Source: Mytilus edulis (Eukaryota). From it: DNA of 64,000 nucleotides. Shown piece after piece: positions 1 to 12,900 of the stretch. The notes under the pieces were generated by a model that ran no database searches, was not told the DNA's origin, and saw only the letters and a program-made list of their open reading frames with translations. The stretch is taken from NCBI RefSeq assembly GCF_963676685.1, contig NC_092346.1, positions 86,552,001 through 86,616,000 on the forward strand, in the 5' to 3' direction. Within the stretch, counting starts at the first letter, position 1; each line of letters begins with the position of its first letter. The position numbers and the translations under genes were made by a program.

Positions 1-985
1 ACACACACACACAATTAGAAAAAACAATATTACAGATAAAGCTTATAAAACATGGCAAAAAAAACATCTGCAGATAACCCATGTGCCTTGGATCAGTAAG
101 CAGTTCTTATTCTAAATTAAAAAAAAAAGCATCCGTATCACATGCCGTATCATTCCGAGATACCAATATCAGACCTAGGGCCTTTAGTGATTTTGCAATG
201 TATTATTCTCGATGTATTTTGGGCGCATGTATCTCAAATTTATAAACGATTGACAGGTATCCATTATAACACAATAACAGCATACTGCATTTATGCAATG
301 GTACTGAATATTTCTGAATTTACCACAGTGGATAAGTCTGAAATTACACTGAATAGCTGAATACGGCTTTTCAGATCCTGATAAAAATAAACATGACCAT
401 TTTAGACCAAAATGTATTTACTAGCAGATGCTTAACGATTTATAAATGTTTTCAAAACAAAATATGTGCAGCAGTCTTTTGTAGAAGAAACGCGCGTCTG
501 GCGTACACAAGTATAACCCTGGTATCGTTGGTACATTAAGTTTACAACTCCTTGGTAGATGCCTCTTCTGGTGGCGTTTTTTTCTCCAATAGTATAACCA
601 GCGCCGAAGTAGTCAGTACTTCTGTCTTCATTGAAATGGTAATATTAATTAATTAACTGGTACATAAATTCGAATTGTTCGAAAAACGAAGGATTTCCTA
701 CCTAAAAACCGTATTTTGACAAAACATTTAGACATTTTATTCCTCAACACTTTTCAAGTGTATATTACCTTATTTGACCTTTAAACTTATTTTTATTTGA
801 AGTCACTGATGATTTATTTTGTAGACGATAGTCGCATCTTGTGAAAAAAACCTAAGCTCAGTGGTAAGTTTTTTGTATAGGAAGATGGTTGTTTTAAAAG
901 GCTCTGAAACTAAGTAACTTTGTATAATTCATTTCAGCCCGAAAGTTATTTTGTATGGAATCGCAGGAATAGAATGGATTGTTCA

Positions 986-3900
986 TTAACATACATTGCA
1001 ACTGTGTTTACATTTTGACAGCATGTAGTTTTGATTTTTAACACATTCACCTATGAAGGCCCAGTGGTTACACTTTGTATTTTCATCTACACAGTTGATA
1101 TCACCTAAAATATAGAAAATTAAAATATAATACACTTAGTAACTTATATAAAAAAAACATTTGTATCTCCTTTAATCGATGATATTTTGAATTGAACAAA
1201 CATTCTTTAAAATATTTTTCAACACATACACAATGATTGACGCGTTAGATTCACGATAATGTCAATTGCAACGCAAAAAAGCATAGCAAGCAAAACGCAA
1301 CTAAAATACAAAAATGATCAACGTTATTCCATTTTATTACATGTTCAGGGTCAGGTTTGATGGTGTTTTTTTTTACAAATAAGAAATTGAAATGAATGTA
1401 CCATTATCAGAAAAAAACATGTTTAATTCATATAGCATTGACATCATACACATTACCGCACCAATTATCGAATTATTTTGCTTAAAAATAACTGACTAAA
1501 CTATATTCAATGTATATACAATAAATAAAACATCTTATCGCTCCAACAAATACTTTTAATAACTTTTTTTGAAGAATTTGTATTTTAAGCTGGTTGTTTA
1601 GAAACGATGATACTGAATCATCGAAGATACCAAGCTTCTTTTTTGGTATTCAAAGTGCGTGTTTCTATACTGCTACAAGTTAGATAATTTTTTAAGAACA
1701 TGTCTTTACCGTTTTTCCTTGGACTTTCACATGCATCACAACTAAGCTTGCAATATTCAAACATGTAAGTTGAGTGTGTCTTGCATCTACCACTTGACGC
1801 CCAATCAGAACATTGGTGGTGCCAGTCTTTGCATTCTGCATATTGATACAAACATATATTTTTGTAATTGTGATTGTGATTTTACTTTTTATTACAAATT
1901 TGAGAGCATTGATTGTTTGACTAAACTAAAATAGATTAAAGAAAATCCTTCACCCGGTACACTCGAAACAAGTAATAATGCAATATACTTCAGTATAAAA
2001 ACCAACTGAATCTAAATAAAACGTCACACAGTAGATTACAATGCCTGAGTAATGACAATAAGATGGATTATGCCCGTTTGCACCTGGAGCGGAAATAGTG
2101 AACGAGAGGTAATTTGAGGAGTTTTTTTTAATATGGAATAGAAATGAGCGTCCACTTCGTTTTGGTAACCTTTTTCATTAAGTTTTTATATTACTGCGGT
2201 ATTAAACTTTAACGATAGGTGTAATCAGAATGAAAGCCAAAATTTTTATTTTCGTTACCCAGTAGGCAATGTTAATCATTTTTACAATATCCTCAATGCA
2301 CTTTTTACGAGACAGATTTAGTTCTTTATCATAATACCTTTGGCAATTGCATCACCACAAGCATTACAACTCTTCTTACAGTTGTACAGCATATATTCTG
2401 GGTTCTGCTTGCATTCCTTTTGTAAAGCCCACATTAAACATTTTTCCTTAATGTCCGTGCAATCTTAAATAAATTATATTCAGTAAATAAATTTAGATTG
2501 TATTACAAATAAAATTTGATAAATGTTCTGTAAAAAGTAAAATAACAAAAATACTCTGAGGAATATTCATAACGGAAAGTCAAATGTTCTGCGTCACTGT
2601 CTTTGATATTCTGATGTGTTTGTCGTTGATGGAATATGTTGTTTTGCATGTTGTGTCGTCTATCATAGTATTTGTTTGTGCATTTTTCTGTAAGGAATGT
2701 TTTTGCGTGTGCTTGAGCATACCATTAAACCAGGTTCAACCTACCATACATTGTCCTGTACCAAGTCATGAATATGGCAGTTGTTATCAAATAGTGTGTT
2801 TCTATGGGTGTTAGCGTTTGATTTTGTCCCTGTTTTTCCTTTGTTTTTCTCTTATAGTTGATTAATTTCCCTCACTACCATGAGTTTTTTCTCGATCGAA
2901 TTATGACGTTTGACATCGGTATAATACTGTTGCCTTCATTTTACTCAATATTATTGTAGTTGCATAAAGTCCCTCGTTTTGTAATAACGTTTACAATTAT
3001 GATGTATGTTTATTTCGTAAATTGTGTTTCTGGTATTAAAAGAAAACCGCCCATCCTTCGACTGATTATATGAAGAAATAAAAGATCATGGTGTAGTAAA
3101 GCATCTCAAAAACATGGCATGCACATTTAATTAACGAACGAGATATGCTAAAGAAAAGCGAGTACCTGTTACACCATTGGTGGTCGTGTCGTTAGTTTGA
3201 AATTCATTCTCTTCTGTTTCCTTTTCTAATTGTGTTGATGCTGTTGAATCAGTTACGGTTAATTTGTCTTCGTTGTCTGCAATGGTGACTTCTTCTCTTG
3301 CTCCATTTGTTGTTTCAGCAGATTTCATTTCGTCTTTTATCTGAGTGTTTTCCTTGCTAATGCCTATTTGAGAGATTAACAAACTAATTGAGTGGAGTCT
3401 CCAACCTTCGGATTTGTTGATTGTTTGTGTCATTGCCCGTATAAAAAGTCTCTTTGATTTTCATCTACCCAATTTATGCATTGTCTATCAGATGGCTATA
3501 ACAGTAAAATATCCTGACATAAACTCATTCATGCAAACTTCAACCATATGAATTCGAGTGACCTCGCTTTGAACTGACTTTCATTGTCCAATTCAAGACA
3601 TTTACAACGAGAGAGATACTCAATTTTAAACTTCGTTATACAAGTATTGTTTTACTTTTTGTGAATGAAACAATGAGCCCACACTTCTCCATTTGTGCTA
3701 CTGGTATGTCTTGACTGTTAACTTAAAATATCCACAATTGATAAATGTACATGATTATTCAGTGATTGCAACACAGTCACGATTTTATGATGACTTGTAT
3801 CAGAGACGCTTTCTCTTTATTTTGCATATAATTTAGATACAAACATTTAAAGTGACTTTTTTTTTGTTTTTGGCATGTACAATATGCTTACCTCATAATC

Positions 3901-6900
3901 ATAGTGCATTATATGAAATTGTTACAAGCACAGAATAACAAGGCAAATGATTCGTGTTTGTTTATTGTCTTGATGATTGCATTTTTAATATCCTTGACTT
4001 CGAAACATCTATCTTTTACATTATTTCTAAGTGAAGCAATATTATGAATGTTGCAGTAAATAAAGGCAACATTTTAACATTTACCTATTTTGCCGTCACA
4101 TACTTTGCAGCTTTTTTGACAATTAAATAACATATACTTTGGGTTTTTGCGACATTCACCGTTTGCCGACCATTTTGAACAGCTCTTGTTCTTGTCTATA
4201 CAATCTATAAAATTGTTTTAAAAATGCATATATTTGACGAATCTTGGTTGCATGTGACTTTGCAATTCTGAATCCAAAATAAGAGTAATTTTGATAAAGA
4301 AGTACACGAGCATCAATTGCTGTGTTATTTAAATGCAAGTAGGTTCTTCTTCTTCTGACGGATGTTCCAGCATCAACTTCTTTGCTATTTCGTGGCAGTT
4401 TGGGTACACGTACATCTATTGTTATAATCCAATTTGAGCTTATTTTTGTTTGACTATAAAACTAGCAGTCATGATGTACATTATAATACACATAATTATA
4501 TGCAGGAGCTACTGTTTATTTTTCCTTTTAAATGGTACCTTTTGCTTTAGATAAAATTCGGATATATAAAAAGAAGATGTGGTATGATTCCCTATGAACA
4601 TTTGAGACAACTCATCACAACACAAATGACATAGTTCATAGACTAGAACATAATATACTTGTCTAAATTTGTGATTATAATTCCATATTATATTTACATA
4701 TATACCTGTAAAGGAACCACTGCAAACTTGACAACTGTTTTGGCAATTGAAAACCATGTAACCTTGATTCTTCGTACATTCCCCTTGAAATGCCCATAGC
4801 ACGCACATTTTGTCATTATCTTTGCAATCTGTTTTTTAGAACACTATTTTATGATGCATGGTTCGAGATATGTTCGCATGAAGAACGGTTATAACTTATA
4901 TAAATAATATGGAGTCTTTTCCTCGGAGTTCAGTAATTTTGTGATTTTACTTTTTGTTTTCATTAGCATCGATGTTGTAGATTGAGTATCAATTGTATTT
5001 ACATGGATACTTGAACTCGATGTTTTGACCATGGCGACATACCCAAGACTATTTACCATTTGAATTTCGTTGAACACCAAAAGTCACGGCTTAAATATAC
5101 ACACACGAAAATGTGTCCGCCACGAATTTTAATGAACTCTTAGATAAGAAGATATAGTGGAGCAGGATCTGCTTACCCCTCCGGAGTACCTGAGATCACC
5201 CCTAGTTTTTTGGTGGGGTTCGTGTTGTTTATTCTTTAGTTTTCTATGTTGTGTCGTGTGTGCTGTTGTTTGTTTGTCTTTTTCATTTTTAGCCATGGTG
5301 TTGTCAGTGTTTTAAATTTATGAGTTTGACTGTCCCTTTGGTATCTTTCGTCCCACTTATATAGAACATACATTAATGCAACAGCAACCCAAGTAAAATA
5401 TTTAGCCTATAAAGCCTACATAGAAAGCTAAATACAGTCCTCAATAATAGGCAGCTGGATGGTAATGAAATATGTCGTTATCTTAATCCTCCATCGTCTA
5501 CATAAGTGACAATAAAAAATCAAAGATTGATCATGAATTGAAACAAGAGCTTGACTATATGTTGGGTTCAACTTGATTTTAAAATATCAACCCTCTCAAT
5601 CTCCACGAGTAGACTTTTTACATAAAATACACAAAAATTCATTGAATAAAAATCAGTATATACAAGCAGCGAGCTCTAATTTAACCAGATAAAAAAAATC
5701 ACAACCACAAACAAGCATTAAATAAACAAACGTGATGCGTACTATCTAAAACATATATAGTAAAATCGACATAGTCGTTAAATATTTGGAGTTCTATTTT
5801 TGAATGTCATAATTGCTTTTTGATATGATAACAAAAATAAGAAATATTATTATACCTGTTATTTTTCAAATATTTAAAACACAGCAATATGCCAAATATT
5901 GATACACAATTTTGTACAACTCAATTACGACATTATATCAGAGAAAATAAAATTCGATAATTACTATCGAGTTGTATGTTATTGGGTTTTTTAATTGTCA
6001 ATAACTTGACAATAGACGAATAAGAAAATGAAAACTATCCTATCTAGAATCAAATGAACTTCAAACATAGTTAGTTCGGTATGTTTATTCGGTAAACACC
6101 TCCTACTCTGTATGAAGCATCTGTATTACAATTATAAGGTCACATACAATAATGGTACACGTCAAAGCTAGTCACATGGTGAGATTGGTAGCGTTGTCAG
6201 ATTAATAAATGCGTTTTATAGTTACATAATAATCATTTTCCAATCTGTTAAATCAAATTGATCATTAGGCAGAAACAAACAAATATAAGGAAATTGATTG
6301 ACTCACTGTTGACATTTTGGAAAAGTATGAGAAACATTTTATGTCAGGTTTTTAAATTTCTGACAATTGCTATTACTGTGCTATAACGTTAAAATGTGAC
6401 ATTTGATCTTCCGTCACTGTATTAGATACATAAGCTACACAAGTGTCTGTATAAACAACGTTATATCGATGGGTCGTCCTTCATTGTATTTGATAACTAA
6501 ACTACATTAATGTTTTTACCAACAACGTTATATTGCTGGATCTTTCAAGTGATCCATAAACCCTCTTTCTAAATCATTAACATCCATTTTATTAGAAATC
6601 AAAGCCGCACTTCAAAGATTGTTTGCAACTTTCAATTCTAGAGGTGGCTTGGAGAAGTTGTGATTACTAAAATATTCCAAAAATCTTTTGCAGTACATAC
6701 AGTCTACAACACTTTAATCTGGAAAAAGTATTTAAACATTTGACTTTTCTATCCTTTAGTACTTTCCATTTCAAACTAAAAGACAAATCGAGAGAGTTGG
6801 TCCATTTTCGTTTCCTAAAAAAACATGGAGAATTATCTTGTCTTTCGGGGGGATAAATCGTTCTTTTTAAAATAAAAAACACTCATCAATCAAACAAAAC

Positions 6901-9900
6901 ATTCTCTGAAACTGAAGTTATCAAACAGCGGTATACTACTGTAACCTTTAATTATCAATCTTTGATTTCTTGGTAGACAACATGACTTTTACGTTTTGAT
7001 GACGTGTTTTGCAACATACAATCGGAATTCCCATGGAAATCAACTGTGCGTCTCTTCTTTTCGACTTTTACCTTTATTCATATGAGGCTGACTTCATGAT
7101 CCGGATTTGTTTTCTTTCAATCGATTAATGACTTTCAAATAGCGGTATAATACTGTTGCCATTTTTCATTCATACAGGGATTTTTTTAAAAGACAAAAAA
7201 AAAAAGCAGTTTCTCTTTACTTCACTCTTGCTATATACTAGTAAATGATTTTGTCTCTCTGGATAATTTTATATTATTTTAATTATTTGTATCATCAAAC
7301 TTGAGATGAAGGATACAATATATACAATTAAGTTTGTCTCACATATTGACTTACATTTAGAAGTTGGCAATGATGGTCGGTTTAAAGCTAAACCTTAGGA
7401 CAAAAGAGATGATTACAGCCTTCGAATTGTAAACTTTTCATATCCATATAGAAACATTCAAGTAGCGCATGCATACGGAGTATATATCTCCTAGTTAATA
7501 CAATATCCTAGGGTTTGTATTTTCTATCCTGATGTCCTTGACAGAGAGTTGCTGGTCCCATGAAGCTATTAAACAAAGAGATCCAAGTGGTGAAATCATC
7601 CCTTCGTAATTTTTAAGGACGCTATTACAAGTTGGTTGACCGTAATGGAATATCGGCTTCACAGATGACGAAGAATATGTTCCAATTGTCGTAACTACAA
7701 TCTCGCTTCCTTTACTCTGAATGTGAACTACCAAATAAGACTTATAAGTCAGTTTATACTTACATGATCAACACGACGGGTACAACATGTTGAGCAGGAT
7801 CTTCTAGCCTTACAGATTCACTCGAATCATCCCAGTTATGTAGTGGTTCGTGTTGCTCAAAGTTAAGTTTTGGAGAAGAAGTGTTTTTGTAATGTTTTTT
7901 CTCTGTTATTTTGTTTGTGTGTGTCTTTTTTATTTAGCTTTGGCGTTGTCAGGTTACTTTCAACTTATGATTTGAATGTCCCTTTGGTATTTTTTGCCCC
8001 CCCCCCTTTCCCTTTCGTTACAATGTAGTTTTTCATAAATGTCCATATAAATATGATTCTCTATTATAATGTTTGAGATGCAAGAGTTGTACATAAATAT
8101 TTCCTGAATAACATACACTAATGGATTAAGTAAACTTAACTCCAATACAGCTGATGCGATCTCCTACCCGCAAACTATTATCCTCAAAATCGACATCTGA
8201 CAGGCTGTAGTTGGAGATAGCTTCGTCAGATCTCTTTTTACAATTCATCTTAAGCTCCTGCTCCAGCTCTTTACCTACATTTACACTTTACATTTAGTTG
8301 ATAAAATGCAGACACAATCAACAGATATTTGACACATAATAATATAATGAAAATTTGAATGAATAGTATAACACCTGCCATTTTTATCAACTCGTGCTGG
8401 TCTATGTAATAATATATACATATCATTTCTTTACCATTGACAAATTCATGAAAAGTTAAAGATTGACAAATTCATGTTTTCTCCGCAAAATTAATATGTC
8501 AGCTCAACTATTCGATTTTGGTAATATTGTATTTTGAATGCGAGATACGTTTGCGTTAAACAATACTAAAGACACATCAAAGCAAAAAACAGCAAGAAGT
8601 TGCCATTTGATTAGTAAACCATATAGAAAAATCTTTGGAATTCTGTTTCCTTTTTTGTGTCACTGTCTTATTGACGTGTACCCCCAACAATCTATATTTA
8701 TTCGTTTTGATGTTCTATTTTACTGTTTGTAATATTAAATAAATAAAAAAGGGTAAGTCATGAACGTACAAACAATAACGAAATCCGGGTGGTCCAATTA
8801 CCCTGACATGGTCCAGCAATAAAATTTGATTAAACCAGATTTAAACCAGTTTTACATAAACACAATTCTTCTTTTGTGTCTATCTGACCATATTGCAAAA
8901 TTGCAAAGATGTTGACTGTGTTGATATCATCGTCCCAACTAAACTTCAGTTAGGTATGCTTCCATTCTGATTTTGACAATCCCTGCCTGTCAGGCCCTTG
9001 TGGTTCAGTTGTTTGTGTTTGTTGTATAACACATTTGGTTTTCGTTTAATTTTTTTCATAATCAATCAAACTGTACAAGTGTCAACTGTACAATACATAC
9101 CTCTCGTTGATTCACATCGTTTGAGAAACCTGTTTTTACATGGAAAAACTTCATGAATTAAATCATATAAAACGGGATCATATTCTTCCAGTCTTTTTCG
9201 GTTGCTAATAGGACCATGAACTCCATCAGCCTTATCCAAATGAGTATTTACATTGAAGTAACTTTGTACTCCTTCAGCCTATACAAAAGAAATCAAATCA
9301 TCTAAATTCAACTAAACGTTGTATGTAGCCAATAAATTTAAATAATAAAACGTACATATAAACAGCAAGTTATTAGTTGTGAATATAAAATTATTTCCAA
9401 GTAAGTTAACATGCATCATCTATATCCAAAATGAAATAATTGTCAAAATTTCTCATCATTGAAACCAGGAAATGTGTATGTTCAAATTGTTTACGCCAAA
9501 AAAGTCCATATATTTAATGAAATGGCCATATCTATAGAAGTAACTAGTCTCCTTATGTATGTTTCGGCAGAGCACAAAAACGTCGTCTACAGAAACCCCT
9601 ACATAGATAATACTATGACAACCTTGTCCTGGGTGTGATATGGGAGAAAACGTTTTTTTCACATAAATACATTACTTAGATATAGGAAGATGTGGTGTGA
9701 GTGCCAATGAGACAATTCTCCATCCAAATAACAATTTAAAAAAGTAAACCATTATAGGTCAATGTACGGCCTTCAACACGGAGCCTTGGCTCACACCGAA
9801 CAACAAGCTATAAAGGGACCCAAAATTACTAGTGTAAAACCATTCAAACGGGAAAACCAACGGTCTAATCTATATAAGATAAAAAAAAAACAAAAAAAAC

Positions 9901-12900
9901 GAAAAACACGTAAAAATTACATAAACAAACGACAACTATGCCTGATGTTCATATGATGAAATCATAATCTTTCAGTCAGTTTAATTGAAGTCTGGAGCTG
10001 GCATGTCAGTTAACTGCTAGTAGTCTGTTGTTATTTATGTATTATTGTCATTTTGTTTATTTTCTTTGGTTACATCTTCTGACATCAGACTCGGACTTCT
10101 CTTGAACTGAATTTTAATGTGCGTATTATATGCGTTTACTTTTCTACATTGGCTACAGGTATAGGGGAGTGTTGAGATCTCACAAACATGTTAAACCCCG
10201 CCGCATGTTTGCGCCTGTCCCAAGTCAGGAGCCTCTGGCCTTTGTTAGTCTTGTATTATTTTAATTTTAGTTTCTTGTGTACAATTTGGAAATTAGTATG
10301 GCGTTCATTATCACTGAACTAGTATATATTTGTTTAGGGGCCAGCTGAAGGACGCCTCCGGGTGCGGGAATTTTTCGCTACATTGAAGACCTGTTGGTGA
10401 CCTTCTGCTGTTGTTTTTCTGAATTTCCATTCTCAATTTTATACTGTACATCAAATTACTGGCTTATTATTGTATGTACTCAAAGCGTAAAAAATATATA
10501 TATCACAACAAATGTGTGTAAAAAATCCAGACGACACTGAAAGATTGCCAAAAGCACTGTTATGAACGAAGTTGTAGGATTTATGTCAACCAGACAGCAA
10601 TTTAAACAAATAAAACATTATGTCCATTAATATGGTATTTAACGATATGTACTCTATATGAAAAAACTCTACAAGAGAAACAGATTCAAAGCAAATTGTA
10701 AATCTGAACAAACCAATTCAATCTGACAATATATATTACAAAGGACAAATATCTTTACGATATAGACAAATGGAGGAACTAGTGACGTCCTTGAATTTTC
10801 AACAATCAGTCGAATATCACACATATTGAAAAGTTACACTAATTACACATTATTTCAGGACTTGCATTACTTACTGACAACCAATTAACATCGAATCATT
10901 AACCAAGAGGAAAACTACCAATATAGAATAGTTATAAGCATCAATGCAGATTTTATTCTGGATCATCATCAGTAGTTTTAGACAAAATCGTATGGTGTAA
11001 CGATTTAACAAAACAGGAGAGAAGATTCCAAGGTCCATAAAAGAATACAAGTTCAAGAACGACGAACAAACCAAAAGGAAAACAGAGGCGGACAGGGAAA
11101 CAGCAACAAACGACACCTAAGGAAACTAATAAACATTAATTCACGACAGAATATCCAGTCTTTGAACTGATTTAGTTTAATGTGCCCTGTTAGAGTATAA
11201 CACTTTTTTTGCCATTTGTTACATAATGGTACCCCCTCTTTTGTACTGGTTACTATTTACAAACACTGGAAGATTATAGATTAGAACATATCCTATTGAT
11301 CCAGTGTTGAAATTCAATACCCGTATTCTGTCATTGTAGCGCATCATGTCATTGAATATGTCGTAAAAGGTAGGAGGAATGTGCGATACGATTTTGTGCT
11401 CAACCTAACCTAACCTGGGGCAGTTGGTTAAATCATAACATATGAACCTGATGTTCAGTAGTTGTCGTTTGTTGATGTGGTTCATAAGTGTTTATCGTTT
11501 CTCGTTTTATATAAAGGTTAAACCGTTTGTTTCTGTTTGAATGGTTTTGACTACTTATTTTTGGAGCCCTTTATAGCGTGCTGTTCGGGGTGAGCAAAAG
11601 CTCCATGTTGAAGACCGTACATTGACCTATAATGAGTTACTTTTACAAATTGTCACTTGGATGGAGAGATGTCTAATCGGCACTCATAACACATATTCTT
11701 ATATCTATATAAAAATCAATGGAAAAAGGCTAAACTCATCAGATCGATACTAAGTAGAAAAACAAGGAACAAAAGCTCAAAACGAACACAGTCGAGTATT
11801 TGTACATCCCCACAACAAAAATGACACTAAGTACAGATGTGTGTGTACTAGCACAGTTCTGGTAGTGAGTTGAAAACAAAAAACAACTATGTATCTAAGA
11901 CTAAAATATCAATCAGTACAAAACCAACACCCAATGGATGAAATGTAAAGACGTCGTTAACAGTCAGAGAAAAAAACATGACCATGTACAATGCCAATTG
12001 ATATGTTTACTATATTTGTATGAAAATAGAAATATTGCCCTTAAAGATCAGATTATCGTATTTTTACCGTTTGAAAATAAAATAGAAAATGCTTACAAAA
12101 TATTCAGCCGATGAATTCATTGCATATGTGTCGTTCCAAAGACCAGTTCTCTGTGCATCTTCAAACTGATTGATAAGTTTTGTACTCCAACCATCAATAG
12201 CGTATTTTGCACCCAGAAAATGAGCTCCATGAGCAACTTCATGGACAAATATATCTTCAAGAAAGTATTTATCCTTGCAAAAACATGAAGCATTTTCTTC
12301 TCCTGCAGTACACACCGGTGCATAATCAGTTGCTCCTAGACCACGTGTTCTCTCATTCAATCGTTTTGGAAGCCAACTGTGTTCCGGAATATCTGTCGTC
12401 CCCTCCGAAGCTCCAATTACAGCCACTCGTCCATAACGTTTGTAGTAAGACGTTCGAACATTTTTGTTATCAGCAAACATAAATCTCACCACGTAACAAG
12501 CTCGTCTTAGTGCATTATCTGACACTTGATCAGATCCTTAAATGGAATGGTATTATGATGAAATTCGTTTAGATAATTCTATACTAGTAAATGTTTTAGT
12601 AGGTTTATTGTACAAATTGAAAAATTAAAATCGGCACCATTCCGTTTATTTCTCTCATACAAAACCCCTGATGCTTTAGACAATTTCGAGAATTTAAAAT
12701 ATGGCTATTTTCTTAAGACTGTCATAATGAGTAAACCGTTTCAAAACACCACTGCGCACACGAACATGTATTTGTTTATTAAAATAACTTTCTGTTTAAT
12801 TATTTGATTTTATAAGACTCGGGGCAAATTAAAATTTGATATGTTTTATAGATACTTTTTTTCAGTCTATATATATATATTAACGTCTAAATGTCTTTTC

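Noticed and set aside
3131-3433. Stand-alone 100-aa gene
   Set aside because: Explained as an internal phase-1 exon (3363-3166) of the ShK-peptidase.
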